A stretch of 19,089 nucleotides of DNA from Microcoleaceae cyanobacterium. GTDB taxonomy: Bacteria > Cyanobacteriota > Cyanobacteriia > Cyanobacteriales > Microcoleaceae. Location: the NCBI GenBank assembly GCA_051652765.1, contig JBOFUV010000122.1, positions 1 to 19,089 on the forward strand. Direction: 5' to 3'. The position numbers and the translations under genes were made by a program. The notes under the pieces are model-generated. The model ran no database searches, had not been told where the DNA came from, and was given only the letters and a program-made list of their open reading frames with translations. This document shows, in pieces, positions 1 to 8,284 of the stretch (the first letter of the stretch is position 1; the number at the start of each line of letters is the position of its first letter).

Positions 1-40
1 TTAGCTCTCAAGTCAGCTCTTAAGTCAGCTCTTAAGTTAG
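1..40. repeat. Tandem repeat, 12-bp unit T(C/T)AGCTCT(T/C)AAG, about 3.3 copies (may extend beyond the window edge)
   Basis: ttagctctcaag-tcagctcttaag-tcagctcttaag-ttag read directly. Confidence 0.85.
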
Positions 41-55
41 TAAGGGACATCTTAG

Positions 56-82
56 CCCTTTTTAAGAGGATTTAGGGGGATC
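56..82. repeat. Degenerate cyanobacterial REP-like dispersed repeat (CCC..TTTTAAG..GG-TTAGGGGGATC type)
   Basis: ccctttttaagaggatttagggggatc resembles the common C-run/G-run hairpin plus AGGGGGATC tail; loosely similar elements at about 8197-8230 and 9640-9666. Confidence 0.5.
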
Positions 83-329
83 ACTCAGGATGACACCTGA
101 ACAAAAACAGTCATAACAGTAAAGTTCCATTAGCAAATATCTAACATAGCACTAATGACAGTTGTTTTGAATTTTTGTTAGGCTGAAGTCAGTTAGCTTT
201 GAGTGAATCGAGCCTACTAACTGAGCAATTTTCATCCGTTAGCAATCAGGCAGTGCATAAATCTAAAGTTGCTAGACCTATCTCTATATAGATGCAAACA
301 TTAGCCGCATTTGCTAGGAGTTCTCCTCT

Positions 330-524
330 ATGTCTCGACATACTCAGCTCACCTATCGTGGGATTTCCTATGCTGTTGATTTTATTTCCACCCCAGTCAT
401 TGAAACAAGAATTTTTGCAAAATACAGAGGTCTAGCTTACAACGTTTGTCGCTCAGCACTTTTATCTCCAGTCCAGTCTCCGGTTCAGAAGGTGAAGTTA
501 AAGATTGACAACTGCCAAGATTAA
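330..524 (+). CDS. DUF4278-domain small protein
   Basis: 64 aa with the doubled motif LTYRGISY...AKYRGLAY typical of DUF4278; AGGAG Shine-Dalgarno at 316-320. Confidence 0.8.
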   Translation: MSRHTQLTYRGISYAVDFISTPVIETRIFAKYRGLAYNVCRSALLSPVQSPVQKVKLKIDNCQD

Positions 525-554
525 AATCTGGGCTTAGAGCCGATTTAGAGACAG

Positions 555-2294
555 TTAAGAGAAACTGTAAATGGTTTGGGCTTCGAGGCGATCGCCCAGG
601 GAAGACGGGAAGTCTGGCAATGAAAAATGCTGGCGATCAAGTTGCACTTTTAGGCTGGTCAGGGGATCACAACCATTTGCTACCAAAAATTCTAATTGTT
701 GCAAATTGGGCCAAGTTGCAACTTGCGCTAGGATTTTGCCGATGGCCTGTCGATTTGGATGTTCCGGATTTTGATACCAACTGATGGGTTCCAAGCAGGG
801 CTGATCTGAACCTAGGTGAACAATCAGAGAACTCTGACCAAACAGAGCGATCGCCACAGGTCGCTGTTCTTCTTGCAGTAGTAAATGGTAGGTTGAGGCT
901 AAATGGGTCAATTTCTCCAACCAGGCTGAGCGATCGGACAATTGGGCGACCGAGTGCAAAATTGAGGGAGTAGACCAGGTTTGCTGGGCGGTCTGTTGCC
1001 TCTCCTGAACATCCTGAGTTTCATCCCATTGCAAGGCGATTGTGATCAGATAAGTTTGTAGCAACAAATGACCCAGTTTTTTAGCTTTAGTCGCTAGATA
1101 AACCGCGTTATGGTCAGTTGCTTCAATTAACAAAGGTACCCGATCTACGACTTCAATCCCATAACCCTTTAACCCAGCAATTTTGCGGGGATTATTGGTA
1201 ATCAACCGAATTTTCTTCACCCCAATATCATTCAGGATTTGGGCCCCCATGCCATAATTTCTCAAGTCTGCCGGAAATCCTAATCGTTCATTGGCTTCAA
1301 CGGTATCAAGTCCCATATCTTGCAGCGAATAGGCTTTCAACTTGTTAGTTAAACCAATGCCTCGCCCTTCCTGGCGCAGGTAAACAACGACTCCAGACTT
1401 GGCATGATCAATCATTTTGAGGGCAGTTTGAAGCTGCATTCGACAATCACATCGCAATGAGCCAAAAGCATCTCCAGTCAAACATTCGGAGTGAACTCGT
1501 ACCATTACAGGCTGATGCTGAAAGTCTTGGGGATCGCCTTTGACCATCGCCACATGTTCCGATTGATCGAGGAGATTACGATAGGCATAAATCAAAAACT
1601 CCCCAAATTGGGTCGGAAGTTTAGCGATGGCTTCTCGCTGAATAAACCGATCATGGGCTAAACGATAACCAATCAAGTCGGCAATGCTGATCAGCTTCAG
1701 CTCATGCAGCTTGGCGTAGTCGATCAATTCGGGCAATCGCGCCATGGAGCCATCTGGGTTCTGAATCTCGCAAATCACGCCCCCTGGATAGAGCCCCGCT
1801 AATCTGGCCAGATCCACGGCGGCTTCTGTGTGGCCTGCTCGCTTGAGGACTCCGCCATCCCGAGCCCGCAGCGGAAAAATATGTCCTGGTCGTCGTAAAT
1901 CTTGAGGTCGTGTTCCAGGGTTAATGGCTACTTGAATCGTTAGGGCTCGATCTTCTGCTGAGATTCCGGTGGTGACTCCGATTTCTGGAGTTGCATCAAT
2001 GCTCACGGTAAAGGCAGTTTGATTGAGATCCGTATTATTGGTAACCATCAGGGGCAAATCCAACTGGTCAAGGCGATCGCCTGTGAGTGCCAGACAAATC
2101 AAGCCACGGGCATGAACTGCCATAAAGTTGATCACGTCTGGCGTAGAAAATTGAGCTGCCCCAATTAAATCGCCCTCATTTTCTCGATGTTCGTCGTCAA
2201 CGACCACGATGCAGCGTCCGGCCTTGAGTTCAGCAAGGGCAGATTCAATCGAATCAAACTGAAATCCGTCAGGTAAGGCGTTGGTCTGGGTCAC
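555..2294 (-). CDS. ribBA: Bifunctional 3,4-dihydroxy-2-butanone-4-phosphate synthase / GTP cyclohydrolase II with cyanobacterial C-terminal extension
   Basis: [21 protein letters not shown] and RAGHTEA (RibB); [26 protein letters not shown] and LITNNPRK (RibA); GTG start. Confidence 0.97.
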   Translation of the reverse strand: MTQTNALPDGFQFDSIESALAELKAGRCIVVVDDEHRENEGDLIGAAQFSTPDVINFMAVHARGLICLALTGDRLDQLDLPLMVTNNTDLNQTAFTVSIDATPEIGVTTGISAEDRALTIQVAINPGTRPQDLRRPGHIFPLRARDGGVLKRAGHTEAAVDLARLAGLYPGGVICEIQNPDGSMARLPELIDYAKLHELKLISIADLIGYRLAHDRFIQREAIAKLPTQFGEFLIYAYRNLLDQSEHVAMVKGDPQDFQHQPVMVRVHSECLTGDAFGSLRCDCRMQLQTALKMIDHAKSGVVVYLRQEGRGIGLTNKLKAYSLQDMGLDTVEANERLGFPADLRNYGMGAQILNDIGVKKIRLITNNPRKIAGLKGYGIEVVDRVPLLIEATDHNAVYLATKAKKLGHLLLQTYLITIALQWDETQDVQERQQTAQQTWSTPSILHSVAQLSDRSAWLEKLTHLASTYHLLLQEEQRPVAIALFGQSSLIVHLGSDQPCLEPISWYQNPEHPNRQAIGKILAQVATWPNLQQLEFLVANGCDPLTSLKVQLDRQHFSLPDFPSSLGDRLEAQTIYSFS

Positions 2295-2359
2295 AGAGTC
2301 TCACAGAAACAAACTAGAGCTTTTCTTGATTGTACCTTCAATTCTTTTGTTGCTTATCA

Positions 2360-4594
2360 TTAGCCCAGATGAAGTGATGTTGTTTCAGGAGACTGAAGCT
2401 CAATTTCAGGAGATACATCTTTAAGAGCTTGATAAACGGCAAGGTCAAACCAGAATGTGGTTCCAGCTCCCAACTCACTGACTAAATGAATCTGACTATG
2501 ATGCTTTTCAATAATGTTTCGGACAATGGATAATCCTAATCCCGTGCCTTCGAGGGTATGGACGCGATTTTCCACTCGAAAAAATCGCGTAAACACAGAG
2601 TCTTGATCTTCAGGAGCAATTCCTGTTCCTGTATCTGAAATTTCAATCCGAACAAATTGAGGAAAAGAGGGCTGAGCTAGAAAGCCCCGCTCACTAGAGT
2701 GAGCGATTGTCCAACCGGCATGAGAATCAGCTTCATTGAAGTTGACTTCATTTTTACTTAAGTTAACTTCGTTTAACATGAAATTCTGACTGATGGGATC
2801 AGGACGCTCATCTTCTAACAGATAGGCGCGGATCATTACCTTCCCTCCCAATTCAGTAAACTTAAGAGCATTCCCAACCAGGTTGGCAAAGACTTGTAAC
2901 AATAAATCGTAGTGACCTAAGACAGAAGGCAAATCGGGTTCAACCACATGATTTAATTCAATGCCTTTGTCTTTAGCATTCAGTTGATAGGTTCGTAAGG
3001 TTTGCTCAATTGGAAGAAAAATATCGATTGCCTCAAAATGATAAATCCGACAGGATTCCAGTCGAGATAAATCCAATACATCATTGACTAAACGAGTCAG
3101 GCGGTCTGTTTCACTGTTAGCTGTTTCTAAAAACTCTCGGCGCTGTTCCTCAGTCAGATCTTCACCGTAGTCATTCAATGTTTCAATAAAAGACTTGATG
3201 TTAAATAGGGGAGTTCGCAACTCATGAGAGACATTACTGATGAACTGACTTTTTGCTTCATTCAATTCAGCTTCACGGGTAATATCTTGAACGGTCATGG
3301 CAATTCCCTTCAGAACATCCCGGTACCTATCTTCCACTTTTCGAGATTTATTCTGCTGATAAACAGCGCATTCCTTGACATTTGGACGGTCAGGCAGCTT
3401 GCAGGTATCATCACCGTCATAGGTACAACTCTTGCACAGCGGTTCCAAACCGGGAGATTTGTTCAGCGAAACAGTATTGATTAAAATTCGCAGGGTGCGG
3501 TTATTCGGTTCCGTGAGAGAACAGCGAAATTCACCGCCCTCTAAATGACCGGTCGCAATTTTTTGGAGCGATTGGTAGATGTCTTGCAAAATCGGCATCG
3601 GCAGATATTCAAACACACTTTTTCCAATCAGATCTTTCCCCTCCCAGTTGAACAAACGCCGTGCAGTTAGATTGACCAGAATTACCCGCAACTGAGCGTC
3701 TAAAAGCACTGCTCCATCGGCAATGGTTGACACCAAAGTCTCTAACTTGGCTTTCTCTGCGGTCAATTCTTCGATATTCTGCTCTTCATAGCGCTCCAAC
3801 CGCTCTGCCATATCATTGAAGCTGATAATCAGTTCGCCCAGTTCACCCCCAAAAGGCAAATCAATTCGCTGCTTAAAGTTGCCATCCGCAATATTCTTTA
3901 CCCCCGTAGACAACTCTTTAATCGGTTGTGTAATGGTCAGGGCATTGAATACTGCTCCTAAAATCACCATGACCCAAATCGAGACAAAAACAGCCAAGGT
4001 CACGTCACGGGTGAGATTGGAAGAAATGACAACCGTGGGGTTGGGATTAATCCCGATTGCTAAAATTCCTAAATACTGATCACTATGCATCAAGGGAACA
4101 AAAACATCCGTAATCTGCCCCGCAGGAGTCAAGTGCTGCCGAACCATTGGAATCGACGCAAAATTCCCGGATTCAACACTAGCCAAAAAATTCTCTGGCA
4201 GTTGCATCCGCCGTCTCAACGTGAGGGAGCTTTGGACAGCCGAGTCTGAAAAGGGTAATCCTAGGTAAATATCACCCTCGGGATCAGCATAGAGCATATA
4301 ACGCACGCTGGACGTACTGGTATAAAACTGGCGAGAAAACCGGGCCACCTCATCTTTTCGATCTTCAGCCACCAATGGTGCAACATTTGCGGCCAACAAT
4401 AGCCCTAAATCCCGACCGTAGCGAGTGTCGTTCATCCGAGCATCTTCTTGGATGGTATTAACAGCCCAAAATGTCAACCCACTCATCAGCAAAGAAACCA
4501 CTAAGGTCGCCCCTGCCATCAAACGCGTCTGCAAGGTGAACTCAGACCACCAACTTGCAACAATTTGACTAATTCTTTTAAAAAATGCCAGCAT
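2360..4594 (-). CDS. nblS: Sensor histidine kinase NblS/Hik33/DspA (TM-periplasmic-TM-HAMP-PAS-HisKA-HATPase) with two insertions
   Basis: WWSEFTLQTRL N-terminus, RYGRDLGLLLA, HAMP (TQPIKEL...GELGEL), FISNVSHELRTPLFNIKS, FFRVENRVHTLEGTGLGL; lies downstream of purD as in many cyanobacteria. Confidence 0.95.
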   Translation of the reverse strand: MLAFFKRISQIVASWWSEFTLQTRLMAGATLVVSLLMSGLTFWAVNTIQEDARMNDTRYGRDLGLLLAANVAPLVAEDRKDEVARFSRQFYTSTSSVRYMLYADPEGDIYLGLPFSDSAVQSSLTLRRRMQLPENFLASVESGNFASIPMVRQHLTPAGQITDVFVPLMHSDQYLGILAIGINPNPTVVISSNLTRDVTLAVFVSIWVMVILGAVFNALTITQPIKELSTGVKNIADGNFKQRIDLPFGGELGELIISFNDMAERLERYEEQNIEELTAEKAKLETLVSTIADGAVLLDAQLRVILVNLTARRLFNWEGKDLIGKSVFEYLPMPILQDIYQSLQKIATGHLEGGEFRCSLTEPNNRTLRILINTVSLNKSPGLEPLCKSCTYDGDDTCKLPDRPNVKECAVYQQNKSRKVEDRYRDVLKGIAMTVQDITREAELNEAKSQFISNVSHELRTPLFNIKSFIETLNDYGEDLTEEQRREFLETANSETDRLTRLVNDVLDLSRLESCRIYHFEAIDIFLPIEQTLRTYQLNAKDKGIELNHVVEPDLPSVLGHYDLLLQVFANLVGNALKFTELGGKVMIRAYLLEDERPDPISQNFMLNEVNLSKNEVNFNEADSHAGWTIAHSSERGFLAQPSFPQFVRIEISDTGTGIAPEDQDSVFTRFFRVENRVHTLEGTGLGLSIVRNIIEKHHSQIHLVSELGAGTTFWFDLAVYQALKDVSPEIELQSPETTSLHLG

Positions 4595-4943
4595 TTTAAA
4601 ACGTTCTGAGCCCGCAATTTGACTTGATCACTCAACTTGACAGCTATCTACAACAATCTGACTTGAAGTTCGAACGTGGAGTAAGAATTATTCCCGCCCA
4701 AGCTTCAAGCCTGTGCTCTGGATACCTGATTAATCATGACTGATTGCTACATATCTATTCCATTCAATAAACTAGTAACCCCTTCTGCTCTCAAACTGAG
4801 TTCAAACTTCTAGCCTATGCTGCTCATCTTCGCAGCAGCCCTGAATGAATTATTTGAACCGTTACACAGCAGTTACTCCGATTAAGTTAAGTTTTGTTAA
4901 TATACTCATATTATATATTAGCGAGTTTCCCCAAGTTTTACCA

Positions 4944-6224
4944 CTAATTCGTAATCATTCGAGCCACTCGAAACCCAATATCTCGGCGACAGTAGACTCC
5001 TTCAAACTGAATGCAGTCCACAGCCCGATAGGCAGCGGCGATCGCCTGTTGAAAGGTAGGTCGAGCGACAGTGACCCCCAAGACCCGCCCGCCATCAGTC
5101 ACCACTAAGCCATCATGCAGAGTGGTTCCAGCATGAAACACAATTGCTCCTTGAGCCTCAGCCTGTTCTAACCCAGTAATCACTTTGCCTTTTTGATAAA
5201 CCCCTGGATACCCCCCAGAAGCCAACACAACACAGACTGCTACCTCCGGTTTCCAGGCTAGGGGGGGCAGTTGAGCCAGACGCTGCTCACAACAGGCCAA
5301 TAGCAGGTCATCTAATGGAGTTTCTAGTAAGGCAAGCACGGTTTGCGTTTCCGGGTCACCAAAGCGGCAGTTAAATTCCAGGACGTTGAGTTCTCCAGAT
5401 GGAGTGATCATTAAGCCCGCATAGATCACTCCTCGATAGTCAATTCCCCAAGCTTGCAAGGTTCGGAGTGTGGGTTCTAGGACTTGGGACTGAATTCGTG
5501 CCATCAACTCTGGGGTCACAATTGGGGTCGGGGCATAGGCTCCCATCCCCCCGGTATTGGGGCCTGTGTCTCCTTCTCCAACTTGTTTATGATCCTGGGC
5601 TGGAACTAAGGGCCGAATGGTCAAGCCATCGGTTAGAGCTAGGACAGACACCTCTTGACCGGTGAGATACTCCTCAACCACAACCCGCAGGTTATCAACA
5701 CCAAACTCTCCCGCAAAAATTGTGTCAATTGCGGTATGAGCTTCTGCCACACTCGTGGCGACGGTGACTCCTTTTCCTGCCGCCAGCCCATCTGCTTTAA
5801 TAACAATGGGCGCAGTGGTCACATAGGCTTTGGCGGCATTGGCATCGATAAAGGTTTTAGATTGGGCCGTTGGAATCCCGGCTTGCTGCATCAGATCCTT
5901 GGCCCAAGATTTACTGGCTTCCAGTTGGGCTCCTAATTGAGTTGGCCCAAATACAGTAAGACCCTTAGCCTGTAATTGATCCGTTATTCCCAAGGCAAGG
6001 GGCAGTTCAGGCCCTACAATCACTAAATCTACGTGATGCCCTTGGGCAATTTGGCCAATTTGCTCCAAGTCTTCAACGGCTGCAGACAGATTGGAACATC
6101 CAGAGAGGGTTGCTGTTCCCCCATTACCAGGAGTACAAATGACTTGTTTCACATTGGGAGACTGGAGGAGTTTCCAGACAAGGGCATGTTCGCGCCCTCC
6201 ATTACCGACCACTAAAACCTTCAC
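4944..6224 (-). CDS. purD: Phosphoribosylamine--glycine ligase
   Basis: KVLVVGNGGREHAL, KADGLAAGKGV, QDHK...GPNTGGMGAY, EFNCRFGDPETQ, TDGGRVL; GTG start. Confidence 0.98.
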   Translation of the reverse strand: MKVLVVGNGGREHALVWKLLQSPNVKQVICTPGNGGTATLSGCSNLSAAVEDLEQIGQIAQGHHVDLVIVGPELPLALGITDQLQAKGLTVFGPTQLGAQLEASKSWAKDLMQQAGIPTAQSKTFIDANAAKAYVTTAPIVIKADGLAAGKGVTVATSVAEAHTAIDTIFAGEFGVDNLRVVVEEYLTGQEVSVLALTDGLTIRPLVPAQDHKQVGEGDTGPNTGGMGAYAPTPIVTPELMARIQSQVLEPTLRTLQAWGIDYRGVIYAGLMITPSGELNVLEFNCRFGDPETQTVLALLETPLDDLLLACCEQRLAQLPPLAWKPEVAVCVVLASGGYPGVYQKGKVITGLEQAEAQGAIVFHAGTTLHDGLVVTDGGRVLGVTVARPTFQQAIAAAYRAVDCIQFEGVYCRRDIGFRVARMITN

Positions 6225-6356
6225 GGGACTCTACTTCAGCTCACACTTAAATAAACCTTTATGACAACAATACCTGTTGATGGGGATTTGCGATCTGTTT
6301 TTGACGACTTCAGTTTTTCTATGTCGATATCATCTTAATCGGTATCATCTTAAAGA

Positions 6357-6415
6357 GTGCAAGTTAACGGTGCAATCTAGTAGTGCAACCTATATAGTGC
6401 AACCTATTAGTGTAG
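6357..6415. repeat. Tandem array of GTGCAA-core units, 13-14 bp period
   Basis: GTGCAA at 6357, 6370, 6383 and 6397; decayed GTGTAG at 6410. Confidence 0.8.
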
Positions 6416-6512
6416 TCGTAAATCATTTGTGAGAAAACCAGAAAGGAGTTTGAGGACAAGGCCCTCAAGAAAGGCCAACACTCCTTCTCACAAACTATTC
6501 CTGATGACTGTT

Positions 6513-6556
6513 GTGCAACTTTAGTTTAGTAGTGCAACTTTAGTAGTGCAACTTTA
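6513..6556. repeat. Second array of GTGCAACTTTA units
   Basis: GTGCAACTTTA at 6513, 6532 and 6546. Confidence 0.8.
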
Positions 6557-6587
6557 AGCAGTTTTAATCAAAGATAACTGGATAATC

Positions 6588-8183
6588 ATGACCTTAAGGC
6601 GACTAATTTTACTATTTTTGACCTTGGTGGCGATCGCGGTGGTCGGCAGTTCGCTGATTGCCAGTTGGACGCAACCCCAAATTCAAAGTCGTTTGGAACT
6701 TTATCAGACGAATTTGGTACTTCATGCTGCGGAATGGCAAGGCAGTTCAACAGATCAAGCCAATTCAGCTAATTTTAAAACTCTACAAACTGGCTTACTC
6801 GGTCAAGATGCAGTTGCCTCCGCCTTAAAACAATATGAAGCGGCTCAAGAGTCGGTTCGGGCGAGTTTAGACAAGGCTCAACGTTTAAGTGCTTCAGAAG
6901 GTTCAGCAGAAGATTCAGCAGGTGTAGAAGTGGTCACCTCATCCCAATCGATTGATCAGCTTCAGCAGATCTCTCGAGATTTGTCCATCCAGATTGGACT
7001 AATACAAGCCCATCAGGGAGAAGTTGACCCTGCCCTCAATACTTGGGATCAGTTAACTCAAACGACTCAACCTGACCTGACGACCTCCACTCTGGACATC
7101 GTCAACCCGGAAACAGCTACCTCGGATACAGCCAAGGTTACAGCCAAGGTTTTAATCGGTCTTTGGAGCGATCCGGTGCGAATTTTGCCGGATGCTGAAT
7201 CGATCATTCGCACTCATTTAGACGGATGGTTCCAATACCAAGCGCTGTCGCGTTTATACACCCTGCAGCAGCGCCGGGATGCTGTTGAAAGCTTGAATGC
7301 AAAGGAACAGGCGATCGCCCAGGAATCGTTGCTCAAGTTGGGGATTGTCAGTGCCATTCCAGGGCTGGGGCTGGTGGTTGGGATCGTGTTGTTGATTTTT
7401 CTGGGAGCCCAGTGGTTTTTTAAACGCCAGGATGCTCTCATTGCCCAGAATGCCGATGTTGCCTGGACAACGCCTTGGACAGCCGAGACGATTCTGCAAG
7501 TCTTTGTGGTGGGATTTTTCTTCCTGGGTCAAGTGGTGATTCCGATCCTGTTTCAAGTGGGCTTGCAGAGATTGAATTTACAGCCAGGGAATTTGGCGGC
7601 GCGTTCCCAAGCAGAGCTGATCTTAGTCAACTATGGGGTGCTGGCTTTGGGAGGATTGTTGGTGCTTTATTTCTCAATCAAACCTTTCTTTCCCCTACCC
7701 GAGGACTGGTTTCGGGTGAACTGGAAGGGAAACTGGCTGGCTTGGGGACTGGGGGGCTATGCCGTTGCCCTACCGCTTGTGATTCTGGTGTCTTTGATTA
7801 ATCAACAGCTCTGGAAGGGACAGGGTGGCAGTAACCCGATTCTGCCGATTGCCCTAGAAAATCAGGATCAAGTGGCTTTGATTCTATTTTTTATTACGGC
7901 TTCCATTGCGGCCCCTGTGTTTGAAGAATTGATGTTCCGAGGTTTTCTGCTCCCGTCCCTGACTCGTTACGTTCCTGTTTCCGGAGCGATCGCCCTGAGT
8001 AGTTTGGTGTTTGCGCTTGCTCACCTGAATGTTTCAGAAGTGATGCCGTTGATGACTTTAGGAATTGTGTTAGGAACGGTGTATACCCGTTCTCGGAACC
8101 TGTTGTCTTCGATGCTCTTGCACAGTTTATGGAACAGTGGCACGTTGCTAAGTTTATATATTCTCGGCAGCGGAGCCTCATAG
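6588..8183 (+). CDS. CPBP family (Abi/CAAX type II) intramembrane glutamic endopeptidase with large N-terminal extracytoplasmic domain
   Basis: EELMFRG, FALAH and HSLWN motifs; multiple TM helices; N-terminal signal anchor followed by QPQIQSRLELYQT. Confidence 0.92.
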   Translation: MTLRRLILLFLTLVAIAVVGSSLIASWTQPQIQSRLELYQTNLVLHAAEWQGSSTDQANSANFKTLQTGLLGQDAVASALKQYEAAQESVRASLDKAQRLSASEGSAEDSAGVEVVTSSQSIDQLQQISRDLSIQIGLIQAHQGEVDPALNTWDQLTQTTQPDLTTSTLDIVNPETATSDTAKVTAKVLIGLWSDPVRILPDAESIIRTHLDGWFQYQALSRLYTLQQRRDAVESLNAKEQAIAQESLLKLGIVSAIPGLGLVVGIVLLIFLGAQWFFKRQDALIAQNADVAWTTPWTAETILQVFVVGFFFLGQVVIPILFQVGLQRLNLQPGNLAARSQAELILVNYGVLALGGLLVLYFSIKPFFPLPEDWFRVNWKGNWLAWGLGGYAVALPLVILVSLINQQLWKGQGGSNPILPIALENQDQVALILFFITASIAAPVFEELMFRGFLLPSLTRYVPVSGAIALSSLVFALAHLNVSEVMPLMTLGIVLGTVYTRSRNLLSSMLLHSLWNSGTLLSLYILGSGAS

Positions 8184-8284
8184 CTCCATTTGCTCGGCCC
8201 CCCTGTTTCCAGGAGGGCTAAAGGAGAATCGGTTCGAGTCTGTACATCGTAGCTCAGTGACCCAATTAGTGTGACTTCATTAGT

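Noticed and set aside
170..329. Canonical glutamine riboswitch (glnA motif) upstream of the DUF4278 gene
   Set aside because: Core sequence elements not found by eye; reported only as a candidate unknown structure
3335..3469. NblS insertion as an intein or intron
   Set aside because: Far too short, has no C-terminal His-Asn splice motif, and stays in frame as ordinary coding sequence
4861..4879. GTTACACA-gca-GTTACTCC as an RpaB HLR1 site upstream of nblS
   Set aside because: Second half-site is poor and spacing is 11 rather than the usual 10
6357..6556. Possible mini-CRISPR array (repeats ending GCAAC)
   Set aside because: Period is only 13-19 bp, there are no spacer-length unique segments and no cas genes are in the window
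8184..8230. Hairpin after the CPBP gene as an ncRNA (e.g. SRP RNA) or terminator
   Set aside because: Lacks the SRP CAGG...GGAA...AGCAG core and a U-tract; more like a decayed REP-type repeat
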